Source: an uncultured virus (IMG/VR IMGVR_UViG_3300008111_000114) (taxonomy: Duplodnaviria > Heunggongvirae > Uroviricota > Caudoviricetes). From it: a stretch of 64,000 nucleotides of DNA. Position numbers and translations under genes: made by a program. Under the pieces are notes generated by a model. The model did no database searches. It was given only the letters and a program-made list of their open reading frames with translations, and had not been told where the DNA came from. Shown here one piece after another: positions 30,809 through 40,892 of the stretch. The stretch lies in IMG/VR virus record IMGVR_UViG_3300008111_000114; one strand, 5' to 3'. Each line of letters begins with the position of its first letter. The first letter of the stretch is position 1.

Positions 30809-31575
30809 TGGCTAGAGATTTAGTAACAAATTTAAAGTTTAAAAAGATAACAAGCGGGTTTGACCCAGACAAGTTAGCTAAGATGCTTACTGATGGGTAT
30901 ATTGGAAACAGTAATAACCCTAAGTATATGAAGAAAACAACATTCTCTCCATCTACTATTGGATACGGTCATGGTAACTGTGCTAGATACTGGTACATTG
31001 CTTTCGAGGGTACAGAGTTTGAAAATACATTCGATGCAATTGCTATTGCTAATATGTCTAATGGAACTGCAGCGCATGAAAGAATTCAGGAGATATTTAA
31101 GTCTACTGGATTAGTTAAGCAAATTGAGCAGGAGATTCTTAAAGAGGATCCACCAGTCAAGGGGTTTGCTGACGTAATTCTAGACTGGGAAGGCAATGAA
31201 GTAGTAGGAGAAATTAAGACTACTAGCGATAATGCTTTCTTATTTAGACAGAATTCCATGAAGCCATCAGATAACCACAGGCTACAGATTTTGATTTACA
31301 TGGATGTTCGTGGGGCAGAAGAAGGTTTCTTGCTGTATGAGAATAAAGATAACCAGCAAATGCTAGTTATACCAGTAAAGATGAACGAAGCAAACAGAGA
31401 GTTTTTAGATAGATGCTATGACTGGATGCGTGAAGTACGAAAGGCTTGGGAAGACAAAGACTTGCCAGCTAGACCTTTTAGAAAGAATAATAAGATTTGT
31501 TTAGATTGTCCAGTCAAAAATACATGTTTTGATATGGAGGATACTGAAAAATTAATACCAGTTCTGAAACTCTAA
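30808..31575 (+). CDS. Cas4-like PD-(D/E)xK exonuclease
   Basis: FSPS....C.R.W, G...H, G..D.......EIKT, H..Q...Y, C-terminal CxxCxxxxxC. Confidence 0.8.
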   Translation: MARDLVTNLKFKKITSGFDPDKLAKMLTDGYIGNSNNPKYMKKTTFSPSTIGYGHGNCARYWYIAFEGTEFENTFDAIAIANMSNGTAAHERIQEIFKSTGLVKQIEQEILKEDPPVKGFADVILDWEGNEVVGEIKTTSDNAFLFRQNSMKPSDNHRLQILIYMDVRGAEEGFLLYENKDNQQMLVIPVKMNEANREFLDRCYDWMREVRKAWEDKDLPARPFRKNNKICLDCPVKNTCFDMEDTEKLIPVLKL

Positions 31576-31836
31576 TATGTGCATACGACGAGTGTAACCA
31601 AGAGTTTACTAAGGCTACGCACAATCAGAAGTATTGCTCAGATGAATGTTGCAGACTTGCAACAAACAAGAGGACCATGGAGCGTTACTATGAGCGTAGA
31701 GCTATTAAGCTTGGGTCTGTTCGGCATTGTCAGATATGCAAAACAAAATTAAGTAGGTACAACTATACGTCGCTATGTGTTACATGCGACAAGAATGACG
31801 AAGATAAGCAACGTAAAGAATTGCTGGAGATGTTAA

Positions 31837-32403
31837 ATGGGATTAGCGGATCTGATTAAGCCAAAGGCTCAAAGAGTAATTGGTATTGATGCTTCTACAA
31901 ACTCTGTAGCTTTTGCAATCATTGATGATGGTAAGCTTGCTATGCATGGCAAGATAGATATTCGTGGTAACGATATCTATGAGAAGATCTACGATGCTCG
32001 CAAAAAGGTTAAGGCTATGAAGAAGCATTTGCGGTCCGACTATATTGCAATTGAGGGTGCTGTATTTGTACAGTCCCCTGATGTTGTGATTAAACTTTCT
32101 TATGTCTATGGATCAATAATTAGCCAGCTAATGAGCGACGGGACTAGGGTAGTGACCGTAATCCCTACTACATGGCAGAACTATATTGGTAATAAGACAT
32201 TTAAGAAGGAAGATAAGCTTAAGTTAAAAGCAGAATTTCCAGGTAAGTCAGATACTTGGTACTCGAATAAGATAAGGGAGATTAGGAAGCAGAGGACATT
32301 AGACTTCGTGAATGATAAGTTTAAGATTCATTTAGAAGATAATGATGTGGGAGATGCAATTGGTATCGCCTACTATGCCTACAATAACCTAACATCACGA
32401 TGA
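31837..32403 (+). CDS. RuvC-like Holliday junction resolvase
   Basis: IGIDAS, IAIE, D..DAIGIA catalytic motifs. Confidence 0.8.
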   Translation: MGLADLIKPKAQRVIGIDASTNSVAFAIIDDGKLAMHGKIDIRGNDIYEKIYDARKKVKAMKKHLRSDYIAIEGAVFVQSPDVVIKLSYVYGSIISQLMSDGTRVVTVIPTTWQNYIGNKTFKKEDKLKLKAEFPGKSDTWYSNKIREIRKQRTLDFVNDKFKIHLEDNDVGDAIGIAYYAYNNLTSR

Positions 32404-32555
32404 AGCTATACGAATCTAAAGATTGGCTATACAGAAGGTATGTGGTCCAAAGAAAGACCATTACTGAGATCGCAAAAGAGGCGGGATGCAGTCATATGAC
32501 AATCCAACGCTACCTTGAAAAGTATGGTCTAATCAAGAATCAAAGGAAATTTTAG
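32400..32555 (+). CDS. Small HTH DNA-binding protein (51 aa)
   Basis: MKLYESKDWLYRRYVVQRKTITEIAKEAGCSHMTIQRYLEKYGL; ATGA overlap with the upstream stop. Confidence 0.65.
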   Translation: MKLYESKDWLYRRYVVQRKTITEIAKEAGCSHMTIQRYLEKYGLIKNQRKF

Positions 32556-32607
32556 ATTTACAAGGCCGTATAAATACGGTATACTATAAGAGTCAGGGAG
32601 AAAATAA

Positions 32608-33162
32608 ATGATTATTGGACTAAGTGGATATGCTCAGTCTGGCAAAGATACAATTGCCGAAATGCTAACAATGAACTATGGGTTTAAGAGACTAGCTTTT
32701 GCAGATAACATTCGCAAGGCTATCATCAAGCTCAACCCAATTCTTAACGATGGTTCTAGGATTTCTGAGAGCGTAAAGAAGATTGGGTGGGAGCCAACAA
32801 AGGCTATATCTGAAACACGCAGACTCTTGCAGGTATTCGGTACAGAAATTGGAAGAGAGATGTTCGGTGAAGATTTCTGGGTAAAGCAAGTATTGAAGCA
32901 GATCGAAGAAGATGAAATCTACGACCACTTTGTGATTACAGATGTTCGTTTCCCAAACGAAGCTAATCTAATTAAGCTAAAGGGTGGGGAAGTATGGAGA
33001 GTAAACCGTGGGGCTAATAAGCCTATCAACTCTCATTCATCAGAATCAGCAATGGACGACTACAAGTTTGATAGAATAATCTCTAATGAGTCTACAATTC
33101 AAAGCTTGGAGTCAGAAGTTTTTAAGTTGATGAGGAGTTACAATGCCATCCTATCAGTATGA
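32608..33162 (+). CDS. Deoxynucleoside monophosphate kinase
   Basis: IIGLSGYAQSGKDT, RRLLQVFGTE, VITDVRFPNE, H.SE. Confidence 0.9.
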   Translation: MIIGLSGYAQSGKDTIAEMLTMNYGFKRLAFADNIRKAIIKLNPILNDGSRISESVKKIGWEPTKAISETRRLLQVFGTEIGREMFGEDFWVKQVLKQIEEDEIYDHFVITDVRFPNEANLIKLKGGEVWRVNRGANKPINSHSSESAMDDYKFDRIISNESTIQSLESEVFKLMRSYNAILSV

Positions 33163-33394
33163 GTGTAAGAAGTGTGAAGTGCAATACACAAAGTTTAGAA
33201 GTATTAAGGAAGAAGATCCAGGATATGATTGTGATACCTGTGGAGAAAAACTAGTTAGATGGTATGGTATTCAGGGTACTAAAACACAGAAGCGTTTGCC
33301 AGAAGGCGATGACTTTATTGAATCACAGATGGACTTTTACGCTACAGATACTTGGCAAGAGCACTATGCTAACTGGGATGTGAGACCAGACTAA
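33143..33394 (+). CDS. FmdB-family zinc ribbon protein
   Basis: MP.Y.Y.C..C...C..CG pattern. Confidence 0.7.
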   Translation: MPSYQYECKKCEVQYTKFRSIKEEDPGYDCDTCGEKLVRWYGIQGTKTQKRLPEGDDFIESQMDFYATDTWQEHYANWDVRPD

Positions 33395-33579
33395 TGCCAA
33401 CTTATGAATACATTTGCCAGACATGCAAGGGCATGAAGGATGTTATTCGTGGATTTAATGATCCAGAAGAACCAGTTGAATGCGATCAATGTGGAGACAC
33501 AATGAAGCGTGTATACGGCGTTCCTGGAATTCAATTTAAGGGTTCTGGCTTTTATAAGACAGATCACGGGAGCAAATAA
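33394..33579 (+). CDS. FmdB-family zinc ribbon protein
   Basis: MPTYEY.C..C...C..CG..M.RV......FKGSGFY.TD. Confidence 0.85.
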   Translation: MPTYEYICQTCKGMKDVIRGFNDPEEPVECDQCGDTMKRVYGVPGIQFKGSGFYKTDHGSK

Positions 33580-34106
33580 TGGAAATAGAAAAGCCTTTTG
33601 ACCAAATGAATAAGGTCGTGGAGATGAGTCTTAAAGGCTATAATCCTGGGCAAATTGCAAAAGAATTAGAGTTAAAAAGAGCAGATGTTATAAGAACTTT
33701 AGAAGAGTGGAAGTCTTATGCACAAAATGATAAGACAATTCAAGAACGTGCCAGAGAAGCACTGACTGCTTCAGATCAGCACTACAGCATGCTAATTAAC
33801 AAAGCATGGGAAACCGTAGAGCAGGCAGACCTTGCTGCAGACTACAGAACTAAGGTTGGTGCTATCAAGCTTGTTGCTGAGATTCAAGGAAAGCAGATGG
33901 AGATGCTACAAAAGGCTGGGCTACTTGATAACACTGAAATGGGTGCAAGAATAGCTGAGGCGGAAGAAAAGCAAGAAGTCCTCATGGGTATTCTTCGTGA
34001 TGTAACTTCTAAATGCGATAAGTGTCAGAGAGAAGTTAAGCAAAGACTCTCTCGCATATCTGGTGTAGTAGAGCCAGTTGAGGTAGTACAAGTAAACAAT
34101 GGCTGA
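33579..34106 (+). CDS. Probable terminase small subunit
   Basis: N-terminal HTH, helical body, overlaps the large-subunit start. Confidence 0.55.
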   Translation: MEIEKPFDQMNKVVEMSLKGYNPGQIAKELELKRADVIRTLEEWKSYAQNDKTIQERAREALTASDQHYSMLINKAWETVEQADLAADYRTKVGAIKLVAEIQGKQMEMLQKAGLLDNTEMGARIAEAEEKQEVLMGILRDVTSKCDKCQREVKQRLSRISGVVEPVEVVQVNNG

Positions 34107-35892
34107 TTTTAGCGACTTTCTTAATATACTAGAGGGCGAGGAGTTTGAAGAACAGCCCGTAGAGATTGAAGAGTTTGTTACATCTACTAACTACTTAGGT
34201 CTACCACCTCTATCTCAAAACCAATACACAATGATCAAGGCAATGACTCAGGTGTATAAGAAAGATACATTAGTAAGATGGCTGGGAGAAGAAGAAGGGG
34301 AAAAGAGATGGAAGCAAACCTGTAACGAGGTTATCTTTCAGCTAGGTAAGGGTTCTGGTAAGGACTATACATCAACAATTGCTGCAGCATATATAACATA
34401 TTTGCTATTATGCTTAAAAGATCCAGCAGTGTATTATGGAAAACCTCCAGGAGATTCTATCGATATTCTTAATATCGCTATCAACGCAGTACAGGCAAAC
34501 AACGTTTTCTTTAAAGGGTTCAAGCAGAGAATCGAAAAGTCTCCGTGGTTTATTGGAAAGTATAATCCGAAGGCTGGTTCTATTGAGTTTGATAAGAGTA
34601 TTACCGTGCACTCTGGACACTCAGAGCGAGAAGCTTGGGAAGGCTATAACGTACTCGTAGTGGTACTCGATGAGATCTCTGGCTTTGCCCTTGAAAGCAC
34701 TACTGGGCATGATCAGGCTAAGACCGCTCAATCTATTTATGATATGTACCGTGCATCTCTTACATCACGTTTCCCTGACTTTGGTAAGTTAATTCTACTT
34801 TCATTCCCACGTTTTAAGAATGACTTTATTCAACAGAAGTATGAAGAATCTATCGCTAGCAAAGAGACGGTAATAAAGACACACGAGTTTATACTTAATC
34901 CAGATCTTCCAGAGGATGAGCCAGGAAATAAGTTTAGTATTAGTTGGGAAGAAGACCATATAGTTGCTTACAAAGTTCCAAAGACATACGCCCTGAAGAG
35001 ACCTACATGGGAAATCAATCCAACCAGAAGCATAGAAGATTTTAAGATTGACTTTTATAAGAATGCGGAAGACGCATTATCAAGATTTGCTTGTATGCCA
35101 CCAGAAGCAGTAGATGCTTTCTTTAAGTCCAGAGAGAAGATAGAGACAGCATTTAACAACCCCAATCTAGCAGTAGATTCTTCTGGTAGGTATGCAGAAT
35201 GGTTCAGGCCGATAGATGATAAGGAATACTTTATTCACGTAGACCTTGCTCAAAAGCATGACCATTGTGCAGTTTCGTTAGCTCATGTTGAAAAGTGGGT
35301 TAATATGAAAGTAGGAAATGAGTACGCTCAGTCGGCACCTGTAGTTGTAGTAGATGCAGTTAGGTTCTGGACGCCTACTGCTTCTAAAAGCGTAGACTTT
35401 ACAGATGTAAAGGACTACATACTATCTTTAAGACAGCGTGGGTTTAATATCAAGCTAACTACATTTGACCGATGGAACTCACACGACATGATGCAACAAC
35501 TTCGTGGTTACGGAATGAATACAGAGTTGTTGTCTGTTGCTAAGAAACATTACGAAGATATGGCAATGATCATTGCAGAAGAAAGAGTGAAGGGTCCTAG
35601 AATAGATCTTTTAATTGATGAATTACTTCAGCTAAGAATCATGAGAGATAGAGTTGACCACCCTAGAAAGGGATCAAAAGACTTAGCGGATGCTGTGTGT
35701 GGGTCAATCTATAATGCTATTGTTCATTCGAAGCGGGAGAAAAACAGGGAAGTTGAGATACATACTTATGGTGAATTAATAAGAGACAACTACCTTGAAG
35801 AAGAAAAGAATAGAATAGATAATTTAATTAGACCTCCTAGGCGCATGCCACAGGAGTTGGCTGAAGCCCTAGACAATATGGAAGTAATTTAG
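34099..35892 (+). CDS. terL: Terminase large subunit
   Basis: Walker A GKGSGKD, Walker B VVVLDE, RNase-H-like HVDLA...D, KDLADA. Confidence 0.9.
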   Translation: MADFSDFLNILEGEEFEEQPVEIEEFVTSTNYLGLPPLSQNQYTMIKAMTQVYKKDTLVRWLGEEEGEKRWKQTCNEVIFQLGKGSGKDYTSTIAAAYITYLLLCLKDPAVYYGKPPGDSIDILNIAINAVQANNVFFKGFKQRIEKSPWFIGKYNPKAGSIEFDKSITVHSGHSEREAWEGYNVLVVVLDEISGFALESTTGHDQAKTAQSIYDMYRASLTSRFPDFGKLILLSFPRFKNDFIQQKYEESIASKETVIKTHEFILNPDLPEDEPGNKFSISWEEDHIVAYKVPKTYALKRPTWEINPTRSIEDFKIDFYKNAEDALSRFACMPPEAVDAFFKSREKIETAFNNPNLAVDSSGRYAEWFRPIDDKEYFIHVDLAQKHDHCAVSLAHVEKWVNMKVGNEYAQSAPVVVVDAVRFWTPTASKSVDFTDVKDYILSLRQRGFNIKLTTFDRWNSHDMMQQLRGYGMNTELLSVAKKHYEDMAMIIAEERVKGPRIDLLIDELLQLRIMRDRVDHPRKGSKDLADAVCGSIYNAIVHSKREKNREVEIHTYGELIRDNYLEEEKNRIDNLIRPPRRMPQELAEALDNMEVI

Positions 35893-35941
35893 TACGCAAT
35901 CTCCTGTATAATTAACTTGTCAGACATCCTGACATGGGAGA

Positions 35942-37979
35942 TTGGAAATTTATAAATTCGCTAGAATAACAACAGTGTTTTTACTAGCCTTTTCGTGGCT
36001 ATTTATGGCTGACGCAAAAGGCACTATGTCGCCCCTAGAGCAAGCATGGGCGGATATACAAGAACTAGACGAAGATGTAAATCAGCTAACTGATAAAGAA
36101 GCCACCCAAGATCTTATAGACATAGCCCATACAAAATATAATGAAGCATATGCGGCAAAGCAATCCTTGGACTCAGCAACAACAACTCTTGAGCAGGCTA
36201 CAACTGCAGAGTCTCAAGCCATACAAGCTAAAAACAACGCTATTGCGGCAGTAGATAATCAAACCCCAATAGTTGCCAATGCTCTATCAGAAAAGAATGC
36301 TGCACAAGATGCCCTAGATGTAGCCAATATTAATCTTCAAACAACACAATCGGTAATTCAAAGTGCTGGTGGCGAAGGACTTCAGTACACTGTTTATCAT
36401 TTGACAAGGGTATTTCCTAATATAGCAGTTCCAGACTCAGTAATATGCTCTGGCACATGGAACTCAAACTCTATGCAGCTTCCAGTTTGCGGATACTATG
36501 AGAAACTCTATGCAGCTTCCAGTTTGCGGATACTATGAGAATATTATTGTTAAATTTACTGGAAAAATTACAGTTCCCTCAGACTGGGACTCAGTGTATT
36601 TTGCGGGGTATACAGACGATGGATTTAGGATGTATGTAGACGGCAACCTTGCAGTTAACAACTGGGTTGAGCAAGGTGTTAGATGGAGTGCATACTCTCC
36701 AATATATGATGTTAGTCAAGATAAAACTTTAGATGTAGAGATATGGTGGTATAACGGTGGAGGTCCTGGATCCTACCATCTTGGATGGTCAATTCCAGGT
36801 GGATGGACTGGAGCAGGTTGCGCCTATACTGGTGGATGGGGCGTAGGATTTAGTTGCGATCTTGGAACATTCTCTTCTGGTCCTGGAGCCACACAGGAAC
36901 AAATTAATGCATATAACGCTGCAGTAACAGCAAAGGCAACGGCACAGGCAGATTATAACAATAAACTTGCTACATATAATACAGAAAATTCTAAGCTTCA
37001 GCAGTACACACAAACCAAAGATGCTGCAGACATATCGGCAACAAATGCCATATCAGCTAAATCAACAGCGCAATCTAACTATAACTCAGCACAACTTGAC
37101 TATAACTTAAAGATAGTTGCAGTTCAAAATGCTATAGATGATGCTCAAGAAAGCTTACAAGAACAATTACAATTTGAGAATGAACAAAGAGTTGCGGCTG
37201 CTATTGCACAAGCAATGGCTAATCAGCCACAACCACAGCCATCTGATGAGCCACAGCCAAGCCCAGAACCAAGTCCAGAGCCATCTGATGAGCCTACCAC
37301 TGAGCCAGAAGAAGAGCCAACTACAGAGCCAACTCCTGAGCAAACTGAACCAGAAGAGCCCAATCCTTCTCCAAGTTCCGATACCACAGAAGAGGAGAAT
37401 GTAGATCCAACCCCAGAACCTGAGACTTCTCCAGAACCTGAGACAGAGCCTTCACCTCTGCCAGAGGATACAGATCCAACTCCAGAGCCTGAACCAACTC
37501 AAGATCCTTCTGAAAATGTGGATAAAACAGAAAATACTCCAATCGATAACGCTACCGCAAACTTGATTGCTGATCTTACCAATTCTAACACATTGACTAA
37601 ATTAACTCCAGAGCAGGCGGCGGTAGTATCCAAAGCTTTGGGTGTTGCGCCAGAAGAATTAAAATTAGTTGCTGAGCTTGCTAAGTCTGATGAAAATGTT
37701 GCAGAAGCATTAGAAGAATTTGGTGACAGAGCAAATGAAAACTTAGATGCACCTATGCCATACACACTTGCAGATGCTGTTACGGAAGTACAAACAGAAG
37801 CATTTTTGGCAGACCCACTAGGTGCAGTATTGAATATAGACCCACTAGAACTCCTATCTAATTTCTCTGAGTTAGGTATGGATATGACAGACGATCAGAG
37901 AGAAAAAGCGCAAGAAGTAATTATCCCAGTAGTACTTGTTTCTAACATAGTATCTGCGGTAGTTGGAATGAGGAGGTAA
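35942..37979 (+). pseudogene. Secreted/membrane PA14-domain protein with coiled coils and Pro/Glu linker, split by a 37-bp tandem duplication
   Basis: ORFs 35942-36538 and 36498-37979 join in frame if one copy of 36466-36502/36503-36539 is removed; N-terminal signal-like segment and 'TDDGFRMYVDG....NNW...WWYNGGG' PA14 motif. Confidence 0.7.
36466..36539. repeat. Perfect 37-bp tandem duplication
   Basis: AAACTCTATGCAGCTTCCAGTTTGCGGATACTATGAG x2. Confidence 0.95.
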
Positions 37980-37980
37980 T

Positions 37981-38187
37981 ATGAAGATAATCAAGAAAGT
38001 CGTAAAGGGCTTCTTTACATGGCTTAAGGATGCAGGAGTTGAAGTGATTGCCCAGGCTTTCACCCTCCTCGGCTTCTTTATCGCATGGCTTACTCTGACG
38101 GGATCCGCCAGAGATATCGTCGGTTTAGCAGTATTGGCTACTACAGCAATATGGTTAATAACTATTCCGATGAGAAAGGAGGACTAA
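37981..38187 (+). CDS. Small two-TM membrane protein
   Basis: Two hydrophobic segments, GAGGAGG RBS. Confidence 0.6.
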   Translation: MKIIKKVVKGFFTWLKDAGVEVIAQAFTLLGFFIAWLTLTGSARDIVGLAVLATTAIWLITIPMRKED

Positions 38188-38188
38188 T

Positions 38189-38506
38189 ATGGCAAAGAGA
38201 AAAGAGATTGACATAACCGTTACAGACCCAGCCACAGGCGAAGAAGTAATTGGTTCATCAGCCGTAACTAATATTTGGAATATCCTCATGAGAATTGTAG
38301 CAGTGTTCGCTGCTTCAGGACTTTCAGTTATTGGTGCAGGTTCGTTGGTCGGAATCGATACAATGAAGGCTGTTATTCTTGCAGGTACTCTTGGAGTAGC
38401 AACTGTAGTCGAAAGACTAGCACGAGCATTCCTAGATGATGGTAAGCTTTCTGCTTCAGAAATCAATTCAGCATTCGCTAAAATTGATAAGAACGCACAG
38501 GAGTAG
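38189..38506 (+). CDS. Membrane protein, holin-like
   Basis: Two hydrophobic helices and a charged C-terminus 'FLDDGKLS..EIN.AF'. Confidence 0.5.
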   Translation: MAKRKEIDITVTDPATGEEVIGSSAVTNIWNILMRIVAVFAASGLSVIGAGSLVGIDTMKAVILAGTLGVATVVERLARAFLDDGKLSASEINSAFAKIDKNAQE

Positions 38507-38545
38507 ACAAACACATTATAGGCGTGTATAGTTATATATACGCCA

Positions 38546-38622
38546 GCGGTGTTAGCTCAGTTGGTTAGAGCCCCCGACTCATAATCGGGTCGTCGTAGGT
38601 TCAAGTCCTACACACCGCACCA
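38546..38622 (+). tRNA. tRNA-Met (or Ile2), anticodon CAT
   Basis: Cloverleaf GCGGTGT/ACACCGC, anticodon arm CCCGA-CTCATAA-TCGGG, encoded CCA. Confidence 0.92.
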
Positions 38623-38700
38623 CCCCATATGGCCTACTTAGGATGGATAGTTACACATCTCCCAAAATCCTGCCTGTGCAGCAGGGATTGCCATATGGGG
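38623..38700 (+). ncRNA. Candidate three-way-junction RNA abutting tRNA 3' end
   Basis: 11-bp closing stem CCCCATATGGC/GCCATATGGGG with two internal hairpins. Confidence 0.45.
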
Positions 38701-38737
38701 CCCTTTTTGGTACAATTGTTTAAGGAAGCGAGGGGCA

Positions 38738-38977
38738 GTGGAAGGAATAAGCTTTAACCTTAGTGGTTATCAAGATGAAGACGGGTCAATAAATATGACC
38801 CTTGAAGCTAATGACACTATTAAGATTGATATAAGATATTCAGATCCAATGCTAATGCAGGCAGTCCTATTTAACTTGCCACACATTCTCGCAGATATGT
38901 TGGATGAAGCTTTTGAAGAATCATTTAATTACAACATTGACGAAGAACTAAGAAAAATTTTGGAGGAGGGAAAATAA
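38738..38977 (+). CDS. Hypothetical acidic protein
   Basis: 79 aa, GTG start with RBS. Confidence 0.5.
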   Translation: MEGISFNLSGYQDEDGSINMTLEANDTIKIDIRYSDPMLMQAVLFNLPHILADMLDEAFEESFNYNIDEELRKILEEGK

Positions 38978-39122
38978 TGGCCAAGAAATCATCTGGTTCA
39001 TATTTTAAGCATATTAAGTTTAACCCTACCCAAATTAAAAATGGATGGATTGTCCGTATGAGAAAAGACGGAACCATTAAGGCTTACATAGAAAAATATG
39101 AGCCTGGAAAGAAGAAAAAGTA

Positions 39123-39566
39123 ATGCCATATAGCATAGGTGGAAAAGGAACAAGCGGTTGTTCAGGTTACCCTGTAGTAAAAGAAGACGGGGAAGTTATG
39201 GGTTGCCATCAAACAAGAGAAGACGCATTAGCTCAACAAAGAGCCCTGTATGCATCTGAAGCAAAGAAGTCTATGGACACAGATCAAAATCCAATTACTG
39301 GTGAAGAAAGAGAGTCAATCTCAGAAGACACTGATCCAGGATTTAAATGGAATGGTCTATTTAATCCAGTAATCACAAAGGCCAAGAAGCCTGATTATGA
39401 TCGAATGATCAAGCCACGCAAGGGCGAACCAGCAAATAAAGAACTGTATGCTAGAATAGTTGCCGAGGCTAAGCGTAAATTTGACGTTTATCCATCAGCA
39501 GTAGCAAATGCTTGGGTAGTCCAAGAATATAAGCGTCGTGGTGGAAAATATAAATCTGGCAAATAA
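39123..39566 (+). CDS. Hypothetical two-module phage protein
   Basis: N-terminal 'GYPVVK..GEVMGCH.T...A..Q..ALYA' and C-terminal 'YPSA.ANAWVVQEYKRRGGKY' modules. Confidence 0.55.
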   Translation: MPYSIGGKGTSGCSGYPVVKEDGEVMGCHQTREDALAQQRALYASEAKKSMDTDQNPITGEERESISEDTDPGFKWNGLFNPVITKAKKPDYDRMIKPRKGEPANKELYARIVAEAKRKFDVYPSAVANAWVVQEYKRRGGKYKSGK

Positions 39567-39623
39567 CGCCAAAAAGCCTTGACTAGAGCCCAGACTACTT
39601 GATATAGTAGTTATGTGGCATTT

Positions 39624-39696
39624 TGGGGATTAGCTCAGCAGGCAGAGCGAGGCACTGTTAATGCCTATGTCCCTGGTTCGAATCCAGGATTCCCAG
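39624..39696 (+). tRNA. tRNA-Asn, anticodon GTT
   Basis: Anticodon arm AGGCA-CTGTTAA-TGCCT, T-arm CCTGG-TTCGAAT-CCAGG; TTGACT/TATAGT promoter upstream. Confidence 0.9.
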
Positions 39697-39756
39697 CGGT
39701 ATATCCAAAAGGATATGTCCAAAAATCTATATAGAGAAAAGGATATAAAAAACTAT

Positions 39757-40851
39757 ATGAAGAAACTATCAATTCTAGTTGCATCAGTCCTAGGTTTTGC
39801 TACGCTTGTAGCAGCACCAGCTAATGCAGCTCCAATGACAGTTGCAACATCAACAGGTGCTGTATCAGGTGGAACTACCACTTGGACTACAGTAACCACA
39901 GGTACATCAACAAGCAATGCTATTGCTCGTCCAGTCCCAGAAGATAACGTAATTGACGACAGCGATGTTGTTCGTTTCGTTGCTACTGTAGACACAGGAA
40001 CAGCAGTAACAGTAACTGCTACAAACGCAACAATTGTTGCCGCTACAAGCACACTTGCAGCACCAGTAACAGCATCATCAGGATCAGCATCCTTGACAAT
40101 TGCTACAGGTACAGGAACAACTGCTACCTTCTATGTCTATACAAAGACAACGGCAATTGGAACAGTTGTTGTTAACAATCAGGGAACAACCCTTACATAT
40201 TATGTTCAGGGAACAGCAGGTAAGGTCAACACAGTTGCTCTTACAGGTAATGATTCTGGTTCAACTTCAAGCGTTGTAACAGTAACAGCAACAGCGACAG
40301 ACGTATTCGGAAACAAGATTTCTGGAAGAGCTTTGTCAGCACTCGTTGTAAACGGTACAGTTGATACAACAACTGCAGTAACAGGCTCAACACTAGCAGA
40401 CTTCGGCACCAAGGAGTTCAAGGTTACACTTCCAACAACTGGAACAACTACCCTTGTTATCTCTGCAGCAGCAGGAGAAATTGCATCTACAGTAGCAGGT
40501 TTCAACACAGTAACCTCTTCTGCAGTTAAGTCAATCACAGTCCGTGATTTGGCTGGCGAACTAGCAGCAGTATCTGCTGCTCGTGATGCAGCAGTTGCAG
40601 CAAAGAATGTAGCGGAAGCAGCACTTGCTAAGGCAAATGCAGACGCTGCAGCAGCAGCAACTAAGGCTGCAGCAGACCTAAAGGCTGCTACAGACTCTGC
40701 AACAGCAACAGTCCTTGCTAAGGATACAGAAATTGCTAAGCTAAAGGCAGACAATGCTAAGGCTCTTGCCGATCTAAAGAAGGCTTTCAATGCACTCGCT
40801 AAGAAGTGGAATGCAAAGAATCCAAAGGCAAAAGTAACTCTAGTTAAGTAA
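39757..40851 (+). CDS. Secreted Thr/Ala/Val-rich surface (S-layer/Ig-like) protein with C-terminal coiled coil
   Basis: Signal peptide MKKLSILVASVLGFATLVAAPANA, beta-rich body, highly biased codons; true start is the ATG at 39757 after AAGGA. Confidence 0.65.
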   Translation: MKKLSILVASVLGFATLVAAPANAAPMTVATSTGAVSGGTTTWTTVTTGTSTSNAIARPVPEDNVIDDSDVVRFVATVDTGTAVTVTATNATIVAATSTLAAPVTASSGSASLTIATGTGTTATFYVYTKTTAIGTVVVNNQGTTLTYYVQGTAGKVNTVALTGNDSGSTSSVVTVTATATDVFGNKISGRALSALVVNGTVDTTTAVTGSTLADFGTKEFKVTLPTTGTTTLVISAAAGEIASTVAGFNTVTSSAVKSITVRDLAGELAAVSAARDAAVAAKNVAEAALAKANADAAAAATKAAADLKAATDSATATVLAKDTEIAKLKADNAKALADLKKAFNALAKKWNAKNPKAKVTLVK

Positions 40852-40892
40852 TCTTAACAACACATGGGGCTGTGTATAACTGTCCCCACCAA

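Noticed and set aside
30808..31575. Cas4-like gene as sign of a CRISPR system
   Set aside because: There are no other cas genes and no repeat-spacer array. Solo Cas4-like nucleases are common in phage recombination modules.
21588..35892. Inteins or introns in DnaB, DnaE, RecA or terminase
   Set aside because: The proteins have ordinary lengths and contiguous motifs, and no C...HN splice signatures were seen.
38623..38700. tRNA-associated theta/HDV-like or hammerhead ribozyme
   Set aside because: I could not build the nested double pseudoknot or find the CUGANGA/GAAA cores. It is kept only as an unassigned RNA candidate.
39661..39756. N-terminal extension of the surface-protein ORF
   Set aside because: It overlaps tRNA-Asn; the RBS and signal peptide indicate a start at 39757.
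40865..40891. GGGGCTG...TCCCCACCA as tmRNA or tRNA minihelix
   Set aside because: It is only 27 nt, the acceptor pairing is imperfect and lacks G3-U70, and there is no T-arm or tag ORF. It is probably a simple hairpin or remnant.
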